DNA from: Elusimicrobiota bacterium
Lineage (GTDB): Bacteria > Elusimicrobiota > Elusimicrobia > UBA1565 > UBA9628
Direction: 5' to 3'
Length of the DNA: 64,000 nt
NCBI GenBank assembly: GCA_016218545.1
Contig: JACRDQ010000030.1
Coordinates: 256,172-320,171, forward strand
Shown here: positions 17,256 to 29,675 of the stretch, piece after piece
Layout: every line of letters starts with the position of its first letter
Numbering within the stretch: the stretch's first letter is position 1
Notes under the pieces: generated by a model
Told to the model about the DNA's origin: nothing
Seen by the model: the letters and a program-made list of their open reading frames with translations, nothing else
Database searches by the model: none
Made by a program: the position numbers and the translations under genes

Positions 17256-18254
17256 ATGGCTTCGAGGAAGGACGCGGTCAAGGCCGGAGGCCGGGCGTCC
17301 CGGGCGCCCTTGGAAGAGGCGTTGGCGCCCGGGATGCGGGCGCCGCTCTACATCGGCTGGCAGCTGACCAATGCCTGCGACCTGGCGTGCGTCCACTGCA
17401 TCGAGGAGTCCGGGCCGGGCCGCGCCTTCAAGGACGAGCTGACCCGGGAGCAGGCCTTCCGTATCCTCGAGCAGATCAAGACCGAGCAGGTGCCCTACGT
17501 CGCCTTCTCCGGGGGCGAGCCCTTCCTCCACCCGCACTTCCTGGAACTGGCCGCGTTCCTCGGAGACGCCGGGGTGTCGCTCAAGGTCGAGACCAACGGC
17601 CGCCACCTCACCGAGGCGGCCGCCTCGGCGCTGCGGGACCACGGAGTCCGGGCCGTGCAGGTCAGCCTCGACGGCGCCACCCCCGAGGCCTACCGCAAGG
17701 TGCGGCCCTCCGGCGACCACGCCCGGGTCCTGGCAGGCATCCGCCTCCTGCGCTCCAGGGGCGTGGAGGTGGAGGTCAACTTCGTCCCGACGCGGCACAA
17801 CGTCCATGAGATCGGAGCCGCCGTGGACCTGGCCTTCAGCGAGGGGGTCTCCGGCTTCTACACGGGCAGGCTCATCCTGGCCGGCCACGCCGCCAAGGCG
17901 CGGGACCTGGCCCCGACCCAGGAGCAGTACGACGCCTTCTTCGCGTGCCTCAAGGCCAAGGCCCAGGAGTACAAGGGCCGCATGACCGTGCGCTATCACG
18001 AGCTGGGCATCGCGCAGGAGGTCCGCTACCGCATGGCCAACCCCGCGGCCCTCTTCGTCATCCTGCCCGACGGCAGGGTGAAGCTCCTCAACGCCCTGCC
18101 GTTCGTGTGCGGCGACCTGCGCGAGCAGAGCCTCACCGAGGTCTGGAAGGCCTTCCTCGCGGGCTGGAAGTCGCCGCGGGTGGCCGACTTCGTCGGCCGC
18201 CTGGAGGCCGACCCCGGGCTCCTGCAAGGACTGCACCGATGGATCCCTTTGTGA
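17256..18254 (+). CDS. Radical SAM enzyme 1 (SPASM/twitch-subfamily-like, peptide-modifying type)
   Basis: WQLTNACDLACVHC is the CxxxCxxC motif. GGEP motif AFSGGEPFL. Few cysteines in the C-terminal domain. Begins 2 nt after the PqqD-like stop. Confidence 0.85.
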   Translation: MASRKDAVKAGGRASRAPLEEALAPGMRAPLYIGWQLTNACDLACVHCIEESGPGRAFKDELTREQAFRILEQIKTEQVPYVAFSGGEPFLHPHFLELAAFLGDAGVSLKVETNGRHLTEAAASALRDHGVRAVQVSLDGATPEAYRKVRPSGDHARVLAGIRLLRSRGVEVEVNFVPTRHNVHEIGAAVDLAFSEGVSGFYTGRLILAGHAAKARDLAPTQEQYDAFFACLKAKAQEYKGRMTVRYHELGIAQEVRYRMANPAALFVILPDGRVKLLNALPFVCGDLREQSLTEVWKAFLAGWKSPRVADFVGRLEADPGLLQGLHRWIPL

Positions 18255-19198
18255 CCGAGTCCGGCGTGGAGACCGACGGCCGCGCCGCTCCGGCCCGCGG
18301 CGGCGGGAGCGGGCGGCCGAATCTGGCCCTGCGGATGGCGTCTGCGGTGCGCTACCGCTTCTTCCTGTACGCGGGACTCCTCCCGTACTTCCTCGGCGCG
18401 GCCTGGGCCCTGCGCATGGAGGGAGCCTTCGCGCCCGGCCGCTTCTGGCTGGGCCTGCTGGGCATCGGCCTGTCCGTCGTGGGTGTTGAGTCCTTCAACG
18501 AGTACTTCGACGCGCGCATGGGCACGGACCGCGTCTTCAACCCTTCCGACGACGAGTACATCCCCGCCTGGATGCTCTGGCTGGGGGTCGCGGCGTTCGC
18601 GGCCGCGGCGTGCGTGGGCATGGCCCTGGCCCATGCCGGAGGCTGGCCCATCCTCCTCTACATGGGGCTGGGCGGCATGGCCGCGGCCTTCTACGTGGGC
18701 CCGCCTTTCCGCTGGGCCTACCTGGGCCTCGGCGAGACCTCGATCGCCTTGTCCTACGGGCCCTGGATGACCCTGGGCAGCATCCACCTGCACACGGGCG
18801 CTTTCTCCTGGCGCGGCCTGGCGGCCGCGCTCGTGCCCGGCTTGCTGGTGGCGTCGCTCGCCGTGGTCAACGAGATCCCGGATTTCCACCAGGACCGGCT
18901 CGTGGGCAAGCGCAACCTCGTGGTGCGGCTGGGCCGCAGGAACGGGGTCGCCCTGTACCTCGCCCTGGCCGGGGCGGGCTTGGCCGCGTGCTTCGCAGGC
19001 GCGGCCGCGGGCTGGTTCCCGGTCGCGTGCGGCCTGGCCGGGGCCCTGGGCCTGCCGTGCTGGTTCTCGAGCGCTCGGACCGCGGTCAAGGCGTGGGACA
19101 CGCCGCGGCTTTTCGTGCCCGCGGTGCGGGACATCGTGCAGTGCTATCTCGTGACCGTGAGCGCCTTCATCATGGCGCTCGCCGTGAGGCTGCCGTGA
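18239..19198 (+). CDS. UbiA-superfamily membrane prenyltransferase, MenA-like
   Basis: Asp-rich motifs NEYFDARMGTD (E. coli MenA: NDYGDAVKGID) and NEIPDFHQDRLVGKRN. About 8 TM helices. Overlaps the radical-SAM 1 end by 16 nt. Confidence 0.82.
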   Translation: MDPFVTESGVETDGRAAPARGGGSGRPNLALRMASAVRYRFFLYAGLLPYFLGAAWALRMEGAFAPGRFWLGLLGIGLSVVGVESFNEYFDARMGTDRVFNPSDDEYIPAWMLWLGVAAFAAAACVGMALAHAGGWPILLYMGLGGMAAAFYVGPPFRWAYLGLGETSIALSYGPWMTLGSIHLHTGAFSWRGLAAALVPGLLVASLAVVNEIPDFHQDRLVGKRNLVVRLGRRNGVALYLALAGAGLAACFAGAAAGWFPVACGLAGALGLPCWFSSARTAVKAWDTPRLFVPAVRDIVQCYLVTVSAFIMALAVRLP

Positions 19199-20109
19199 GG
19201 ATCGCGTCCTTCGACGTTCCCCTGGCCGCTGCCTGGCGCCTGACCGACCGGTGCGACCTCTCCTGCCGGCACTGCCTCAACGCTTCCGGGCCCAAGGCTG
19301 ACACGGCCGCCGAGCTCTCCCGGCCCGAGGCTCTCAAGCTGGCCCGGAGCATCGGCTCAGCCCAGGTCCCCTACGTCATCCTCTGCGGGGGCGAGCCCAT
19401 GCTGAGCCCCGACTTCTGGCAGGCGGCCGAGACCCTGGGCGAGGCAGGCGCGTGGCTCAAGGTGGAGACGCACGGCCAGAACCTCGGGCGCACCCAGGCG
19501 GAGCGCCTGGCCAAGCTCCCCATCCGCTCGGTCCAGGTCTCTCTCGACGGGGTCACCCAGCAGGCTTACGAGTCCCTGCGGCCAGGGGCCTCCCTGGCCA
19601 AGACCTTGGAAGCTTGCCGCGAGGTGCGGCGTCAAGGCATGCCCCTCGAGATCTCCTTCGTCCCGGTCCAGGGCAACATCCACGAGGCTCCGGCGGTCAT
19701 CGACCTGGCCCTGGACCTGGGCGCCTTCCGGTTCAACACCGGGACCCTCATCAAGCGCGGCCGCGCCGCAGCCGCTTGGAAGAAGCTCCTTCCTGATGCC
19801 GAGTCCATGGCAGGCTTGCTCGCGGTCCTCACCCGTCGCGAAGCCACCCTGGCCGGGAGGCTCGAGCTCTGCTTCAGGCCTTTCAATTTCGAAGACCAGG
19901 TCCGCGCCGAACGCGCGGAGCCCTCAGGCACGCTCACGATCCTGCCTGACGGCAAGGTCCCTGTCTCGGCCTCCTCGGACGTCGTCTGCGCCGACCTTCG
20001 GACGCAGACGGTCAGGGAGGCCTGGCGCGCTTACTTGGCGGCGCACGGCAAGGGGCCACGATCGGAAAGATGGGTCGGCTCGTGTCTTGAGCCGGCTACC
20101 CGGTCCTAG
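19195..20109 (+). CDS. Radical SAM enzyme 2 (paralog of 1 and 3)
   Basis: GTG start overlaps the prenyltransferase stop (GTGA). AWRLTDRCDLSCRHC and CGGEPML motifs. Confidence 0.8.
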   Translation: MRIASFDVPLAAAWRLTDRCDLSCRHCLNASGPKADTAAELSRPEALKLARSIGSAQVPYVILCGGEPMLSPDFWQAAETLGEAGAWLKVETHGQNLGRTQAERLAKLPIRSVQVSLDGVTQQAYESLRPGASLAKTLEACREVRRQGMPLEISFVPVQGNIHEAPAVIDLALDLGAFRFNTGTLIKRGRAAAAWKKLLPDAESMAGLLAVLTRREATLAGRLELCFRPFNFEDQVRAERAEPSGTLTILPDGKVPVSASSDVVCADLRTQTVREAWRAYLAAHGKGPRSERWVGSCLEPATRS

Positions 20110-20129
20110 GCCGGGATTTAGGAGACAGC

Positions 20130-20255
20130 ATGAGAGACAAGAAGAACGTGACGGATGGAAAGGCGAAGGCCGACAAGAAGCCCGTGTGGCAGACCCCTTC
20201 TCTCGAAGAGGTCACCGAGCGTGTCATGGCCCAGCCGTACATCAGGTTCACGTGA
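20130..20255 (+). CDS. Candidate RiPP precursor peptide, 41 aa: MRDKKNVTDGKAKADKKPVWQTPSLEEVTERVMAQPYIRFT
   Basis: Absent from the ORF track because it is under 60 aa. AGGAGA RBS 4-5 nt before the ATG. Sits 20 nt after radical-SAM 2 and its stop overlaps the GTG of radical-SAM 3. Lys-rich leader, lower GC. Shares KKP, LE(E)VT and Y-I features with PqqA. Confidence 0.65.
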   Translation: MRDKKNVTDGKAKADKKPVWQTPSLEEVTERVMAQPYIRFT

Positions 20256-21226
20256 CGCACCCGAGGGGGGCGGCGGTAGGAGACTACCGCGCCCCCCTCT
20301 TTGTCGCGTGGCAACTCACCAACCGCTGCCGCGGCCGCTGCCTGGCCTGCTGCGAGGAATCCGGTCCGGGCAAGGGAATCCGCCAAGGCGGGTCCTGGCA
20401 GGCTGAGCTCACCAAGCAGGAAGCCCTCCGCGTCAGCCGCGACATCGCGGCCTCCGGGGTCTCCTACGTGGCGTTCGGCGGGGGGGAACCCATGGAGGTG
20501 CCGCACTTCTGGGACATCCTCTCCATCCTCTCCAAGGGCGGGGTCCGCATCAAGATCGAGACCAACGGCGGGACCATCGGCCGCTCCCAGGCCAAGCGCC
20601 TCTCCGCCTTGGGCGTGTCCTCCATCCAGATCAGCCTCGACGGCCCCACGGCCCGCGAGCACGAGGCCTTGAGGCCCGGCTCGAGCTTCAACAAAGCGGT
20701 CCGGGCGGTCCGCTGTCTGGCTGAGGAAGGGCTCGGGCCTGAGGTCGTGTTCATCCCCATGAAGAGGAACGTGGGCCAGGCCGTCAAGGTCTACCGATTG
20801 GCGGCCAGTCTCGGAGCCAGGGTGCTTGCGACCGGCCCTCTCATGCGCCTGGGACGCGCCGGAGCAGCATGGAAGGAACTCGCCCCGTCGGCCGGGCGAT
20901 GGCGGACCGCGGTCCGGGCGCTCAAGGCCGAGGCCGCCCGTGCCAAGGCAGGGCCCAAGCTCTCCATCTATCCCTGGGGCATCCAGAGGGAGATCGAGAC
21001 CAGGCTCGAGCATCCCCAGGCCATGGTCCTCGTGGTGCCTGACGGCAAGGTCAAGCTCCTCAATGCCCTCCCTTTTGCTCCAGGCGACCTGCGGCGACAC
21101 TCCCTGGCCCAGGCCTGGACGCGCTGCCTCGGAGCTTGGCGCGACCCCAAGGTGCGGGCTTTCTGCCGCAAGGCCGTGAAGGACCCCGGGCTCCTGGCGC
21201 ACGCCAACGAATGCTGGCCCGCCTAA
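20252..21226 (+). CDS. Radical SAM enzyme 3 (paralog of 1 and 2)
   Basis: YRAPLFVAWQLTNRCRGRCLAC aligns to the radical-SAM 1 N-terminus. FGGGEPM motif. GTG start overlaps the peptide stop. Confidence 0.82.
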   Translation: MTHPRGAAVGDYRAPLFVAWQLTNRCRGRCLACCEESGPGKGIRQGGSWQAELTKQEALRVSRDIAASGVSYVAFGGGEPMEVPHFWDILSILSKGGVRIKIETNGGTIGRSQAKRLSALGVSSIQISLDGPTAREHEALRPGSSFNKAVRAVRCLAEEGLGPEVVFIPMKRNVGQAVKVYRLAASLGARVLATGPLMRLGRAGAAWKELAPSAGRWRTAVRALKAEAARAKAGPKLSIYPWGIQREIETRLEHPQAMVLVVPDGKVKLLNALPFAPGDLRRHSLAQAWTRCLGAWRDPKVRAFCRKAVKDPGLLAHANECWPA

Positions 21227-22286
21227 TCCAAGCAGGCTGAGAAGAGCGCGGGGAGCTCGCCGAGCCTGCCCGCCTCGGCGAGCTTGCCCAGGTCGAAGAG
21301 GATGAGGCCTCCGGAGCCTCCCTGCCAGGCGGCGTCGGCGGCGGCCCTGAGCTCGCCGGGTCCGAGGGGATGCTCCGCGTCTCCCACGAAGATGATGGGC
21401 CAGACCGGCTTGCCCGAATCGGCCTTGACGGCCATGGAGGCGTCCGTGATCCAGGACGCGGGCCTGCGCAGGAGCGCGTGGTACGCCATGGGCGAGACCA
21501 CGTCCGCTGCCCTGCCCATGAGGCGGTGGTCCTGGCCGAGGATCTCGAGGACGGCCCCGCGCTTCTCCGAGCGCTCCCAGGGCACGGCGAAGTAGCCCAC
21601 CAGGGCCGCGGGGTCGGCCGCGTGGACCGCGTCTGCGACCTCGCTGACGAGGCCCGCGATGCTCGCGGTCTTGAACGCGGTCCAGCGCTCCTTGTGGTCC
21701 GACAGGATCCAGCGCGCCTTCTCCCTGGCCGTGAGCTCCTCCGGGACCGCGACCCCGGTTTCCTTGCGGAACTCCCTCAGGCACACCGGGCAGAAGCAGG
21801 TCTGCTCGAGATGGGGCTCGGGGACCTCCCAGTGGCCGGGATAGCGGATGAAGTCGAGCCACACGCCGTCGACTTCCTGCTTGCGCACCAGGGACACGGC
21901 GCGCTTCTTGATGTCCAGCCTGAGCCAAGTCTGGTTGGGGCAGACGGCGGCGTACCACTTGACCTTGGCGAGGGGTTCGCCGACCTCGCTGACCGGCCTG
22001 CTCTCGGGCCGCGTCTTCCAATGACGCTCTCCCGCGAAGGCTGTGAGCTCCGCGAACACGCGGATGCCACGGCCGCGCAGGGCCTTGCGGAGGAGCGGGT
22101 CCTTGTAGCCGCCGAAGACCGCGTTCACGCCCCAGGAGGAGAGGGCCTCGGCGATCCGCTCCGGGGTCTTGCCCTTGAAGGCCGCGGACTTGGGGTCGAA
22201 GCCGTAGACCCCGCACACCGGTCCGGCGTCAGCGGCAAGAGCGGGCTGGACCGCGAGGATGAGGCCGGCGAGGATGAGGAGGAGCA

Positions 22287-22287
<1 letters not shown>
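21223..22287 (-). CDS. Hypothetical secreted protein (possible glycoside-hydrolase-like fold)
   Basis: GTG start overlaps the purH stop (TAGTG). Signal peptide VLLLILAGLILAVQPALA. Only the 3' third of the 883-aa track ORF is supportable. Confidence 0.6.
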
Positions 22288-26296
<4,009 letters not shown>

Positions 26297-26316
26297 CTAC
26301 GATATTGCCCTTCCGG

Positions 26317-26961
26317 TCACAAGCGCGGGCGCTTCTGGATGGACTCGGCCAGGGCGGCGAGCTCGGCGCGGTGCCGGCTCTCAAGGGACGCCAGCGCGAG
26401 CCGGCGGGACTCGCGCTCGTGCGCGACCTGGTGCTCCAGCCGCTCGCGCTCCTCTTGGGCCAGGACCTGGACCTTGCGCACGGTCCGGCTGGCCGCCTCC
26501 TCGAGCGACTTCTTCAACGCCTCCAGCTCGGCCGCGTGCTCGGCTTTGAGGGCGGAGAGGCGCTCCTTGTAGGACTGCCGCAGGGAGAGCGCGCCGGCCC
26601 CGACCTCGGGGCTCTCCAGATCCTCGCGGGAGGGCGCCGCCGGAGCCTCCTCCGGGGCGGCCTCGGCCCGCGCGGTCTCCAGGCGTTCCGCCAGGGTCTT
26701 GGCAAGGACCTCGGACTCCTGGAGCTTGGCGGCGTAGTAGTTGAAGGTCCGCTGGAGGGCGCGCAGGTCCTCCAAGGCCGCCCGCTTCTCCCTGGACTCG
26801 GTCTCGGACTTGCCCCGTAGCGCGTCGCGCTCGCTCTCGACCGCCCGGATCCGCTCCAGGGCCCAGCGCAACGCCAGACGCGCGGTCTGGAGGTCCGCGA
26901 TGGCCTCGATCTCCGAGGAGTCCTTGGGCAGGAGGCGCCTGGGTTTGGGCGATTCTTCCAT
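26317..26961 (-). CDS. Hypothetical coiled-coil protein
   Basis: Start at MEESPKP. Only the 3' quarter of the 895-aa track ORF. Heptad/charged repeats. Confidence 0.5.
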   Translation of the reverse strand: MEESPKPRRLLPKDSSEIEAIADLQTARLALRWALERIRAVESERDALRGKSETESREKRAALEDLRALQRTFNYYAAKLQESEVLAKTLAERLETARAEAAPEEAPAAPSREDLESPEVGAGALSLRQSYKERLSALKAEHAAELEALKKSLEEAASRTVRKVQVLAQEERERLEHQVAHERESRRLALASLESRHRAELAALAESIQKRPRL

Positions 26962-27088
26962 GGGAGCTAAGCCCTGGAATGGTAGCCTTTTGGTGTTAAA
27001 TTTTTTAGGTCCCTTCCCCGGGAGGGGTCCCCCCGGGGCGGACGACGCTTCTCCCGTCGACGATCCGCCTTTTGCGGCTGGGGTTTTT

Positions 27089-27094
27089 GTATAA
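27089..27094 (+). promoter_or_regulatory. -10-like TATAAT 7-8 nt upstream of the speA ATG, with no SD; possible leaderless speA transcript
   Basis: ggggtttttgTATAATctccgtcATG. Two GC hairpins lie just upstream at about 27012-27070. Confidence 0.3.
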
Positions 27095-27102
27095 TCTCCG
27101 TC

Positions 27103-29076
27103 ATGGCAAAGACCACGTGGACCATCGAAGACTCGGCGCAGACCTACAACCTCAAGGGTTGGGGGCTCAAGCATTTCGGGATCAACGAGGACGGGAACCT
27201 CGTGGTCTACCCGCGCCGGACCCCGGACCGCGCCATCGACATCAAGCGGGTGGTCGACGACGTGGTCAGCCGCGGCATCAAGCTTCCGGTGCTCGTGCGC
27301 TTCCAGGACATCCTGCGCCACCGCGTGGAGCAGCTCAACCGCGCCTTCCGGGAGGCCATCGAGGAGCACAAATACAGCGGCAAGTACACGGGCGTCTATC
27401 CCATCAAGGTCAACCAGCTCCGCGAGGTCGTCGAGGAGATCCTCGACGCCGGCGAGCCCTTCCAGTACGGCCTGGAGGCGGGCAGCAAGGGCGAGCTCAT
27501 GGCGGTCATCGCCATGAACGGGACCGAGAACCTCACGGTCGTCAACGGCTACAAGGACGAGTCGGTCATGCGCCTGGCCGCGGTGGGCCTGAAGATGGGC
27601 AAGAAGGTCATCGTGGTGGTGGAGAAGCTCAACGAGCTCGCGGCCCTCGTCAAGATCTGCAAGGAGATGGGCGTGCGCCCCCTCATCGGCCTGCGCTGCC
27701 GCCTCCAGACCCAGGGCAGCGGCAAGTGGAGGGGCTCGACCGGCGACGCGGCCAAGTTCGGGCTCACCACGCCCGACATCCTGCGCGCGGTCCAGGACCT
27801 CAAGGCCGAGGGCTTGGGCGACTGCGTCAAGCTCCTGCACTTCCACATCGGCTCGCAGATCACGGACATCCAGGCCGTCAAGGACGCGGTGAAAGAGGGT
27901 TCCCGGATGTACGCCAAGCTCCGGAAGATGGGGCTCGGCCTGGAGTACGTGGACTGCGGCGGCGGACTCGGGGTGGACTACGACGGCACGCACACCACGG
28001 GCCTGCACTCCATGAACTACACCCTGCGCGAGTACGTCAGCGGCGTGGTCTACACGATGCACGAGATCTGCAAGCAGGAGAAGGTGCCCGAGCCCAACAT
28101 CGTCACCGAGTCGGGCCGCTCCATCGTGGCGCACCACTCCCTGCTCGTGGTCAACGTCTTCGGCTCCATCCAGGCGGGCTCGGCCCCCGTGGACTTCGAG
28201 AAGACCCCGGAGGAGCACGAGGTCGTAGGCGAGATGCGCGACATCCTCGAGAACTTGAGCCCCCGGAACATCGAGGAAGCCTACCACGACGCCCAGCAGC
28301 GGCGCGAGGAGGCCTACTCCCTCTTCAAGCTCGGCTACCTCGGCATGGAGGAGCGGGCCAAGGTCGAGGCCATCTACTGGAAGACGTGCCTGGAGATCCA
28401 GCGCCTCCTGCCGCGCGCCAAGTTCGTCTCGGACGAGCTGGCCGAGATGACGAAGACCCTGACCGACCAGTACCTCTGCAACTTCTCGCTCTTCCAGTCC
28501 GTGCCCGACGCCTGGGCCATCGGCCAGGTCTTCCCGGTCATGCCGGTCCACCGGCTGACCGAGGAGCCCACGCGGGCCGCCACCCTGGTGGACATCACCT
28601 GCGACTCGGACGGCAAGATCTCGCAGTACGTGGGCAAGCGCGACGTGAGCTCCAGCATCCAGATGCACCCCTTGAACGGCGACCCCTACTACCTGGCCGT
28701 CTTCCTCGTGGGCGCCTACCAGGCCAGCATGGGCGACATCCACAACCTTTTCGGCCGGGTCAACGAGGTGCACGTGTTCGAGGACGCCGAGGAGCCGGGC
28801 GGCTACTACGTCGAGGAGGTCATCCACGGCCAGACCGTGCGCGACGTGCTGGCCTCCATCCAGTACAGCGAGTTCGAGCTGGCCCGCATGGTCAAGTCCG
28901 CCATCGACGTGCAGGTCAAGGCCGGGAACCTCAAGCCCCGCGAGGGCGTGGACCTCCTCAACCAGTACGAGGCCGTGATGCAGGAGTACACCTACATCGA
29001 CCACGAGGTCTCCACCAAGACCGACACCGCGGCGGGCAAGGCTCCCGCCCCGGTCCCGGTCGCCCAGCCGGCCTAG
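27103..29076 (+). CDS. speA: Biosynthetic arginine decarboxylase
   Basis: Colinear with E. coli SpeA (VYPIKVNQ, GLEAGSKGELMAVIA). PLP-dependent fold III decarboxylase, 657 aa. Confidence 0.92.
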   Translation: MAKTTWTIEDSAQTYNLKGWGLKHFGINEDGNLVVYPRRTPDRAIDIKRVVDDVVSRGIKLPVLVRFQDILRHRVEQLNRAFREAIEEHKYSGKYTGVYPIKVNQLREVVEEILDAGEPFQYGLEAGSKGELMAVIAMNGTENLTVVNGYKDESVMRLAAVGLKMGKKVIVVVEKLNELAALVKICKEMGVRPLIGLRCRLQTQGSGKWRGSTGDAAKFGLTTPDILRAVQDLKAEGLGDCVKLLHFHIGSQITDIQAVKDAVKEGSRMYAKLRKMGLGLEYVDCGGGLGVDYDGTHTTGLHSMNYTLREYVSGVVYTMHEICKQEKVPEPNIVTESGRSIVAHHSLLVVNVFGSIQAGSAPVDFEKTPEEHEVVGEMRDILENLSPRNIEEAYHDAQQRREEAYSLFKLGYLGMEERAKVEAIYWKTCLEIQRLLPRAKFVSDELAEMTKTLTDQYLCNFSLFQSVPDAWAIGQVFPVMPVHRLTEEPTRAATLVDITCDSDGKISQYVGKRDVSSSIQMHPLNGDPYYLAVFLVGAYQASMGDIHNLFGRVNEVHVFEDAEEPGGYYVEEVIHGQTVRDVLASIQYSEFELARMVKSAIDVQVKAGNLKPREGVDLLNQYEAVMQEYTYIDHEVSTKTDTAAGKAPAPVPVAQPA

Positions 29077-29087
29077 GGAGCAGCGGC

Positions 29088-29675
29088 ATGCCTGCCGCCG
29101 CCCTCCTTTTCGACCTCGACGGCGTCCTCGTGGACACCTACGGGGTATGGGAGGGCCTCGTCCGCGACACGGCCGTGCTCCTGGGCTACGCTCCTCCCGG
29201 AGCCGGGGCCTTCCGCTCCTCCTGGGGCCAGGGCATCGAGGACGACGTGCGGACCTTCTTCACCCGCCACGCCGTAGACGAGGTGCGGGCCGCCTACGAG
29301 AAGGGCTACCCCGGCCACCTCGGCAGGGTCAAGGTGATGCCCGGTGCGCAGGCCGCTCTCGAGTCCCTGCCCCAGCCCAAGGCCGTGGTCTCCAACACCC
29401 CGAGCGCCCTGGTCGGGCTCACCCTGCGCCTGGCCGGCCTGGACCGCCATTTCAAGACCGCGCTCGGGCCCGACGACGTGGGAGCCTCCAAGCCCGCCCC
29501 GCAGATGCTGCTGGAGGCCTGCCGCAGGCTCGGGGCGCGGCCCCGGGACTCCCTGATGGTGGGGGACTCCGACTACGACGAGAAAGCCGCCCGGGCCGCC
29601 GGCGCGGCCTTCGTCCGCTTCCGAGGGGACTGGGCGCCGGTCCTGACCGCTACTCGAAGTAGCCGAATTCCTTGA
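29088..29675 (+). CDS. HAD-superfamily hydrolase (phosphoglycolate phosphatase-like)
   Basis: Motif I LLFDLDGVLVDT. Motif III K...GDSDYD. Confidence 0.8.
   Translation: MPAAALLFDLDGVLVDTYGVWEGLVRDTAVLLGYAPPGAGAFRSSWGQGIEDDVRTFFTRHAVDEVRAAYEKGYPGHLGRVKVMPGAQAALESLPQPKAVVSNTPSALVGLTLRLAGLDRHFKTALGPDDVGASKPAPQMLLEACRRLGARPRDSLMVGDSDYDEKAARAAGAAFVRFRGDWAPVLTATRSSRIP

Noticed and set aside
17256-21226. Radical-SAM genes as menaquinone futalosine-pathway MqnC/MqnE, or lipid tetraether or ring synthases, given the adjacent MenA-like and polyprenyl synthase genes
   Set aside because: Those enzymes lack the W-Q-L-T-N-x-C-x-L-x-C-x-H-C / GGEP peptide-maturase signature and are not partnered with PqqD. 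Here a PqqD-like gene and a short peptide are present.
26317-29004. 895-aa ORF read as one gene
   Set aside because: Its 5' portion overlaps speA on the opposite strand. Only the 214-aa coiled-coil C-terminal part, with an ATG at 26961, is plausible.
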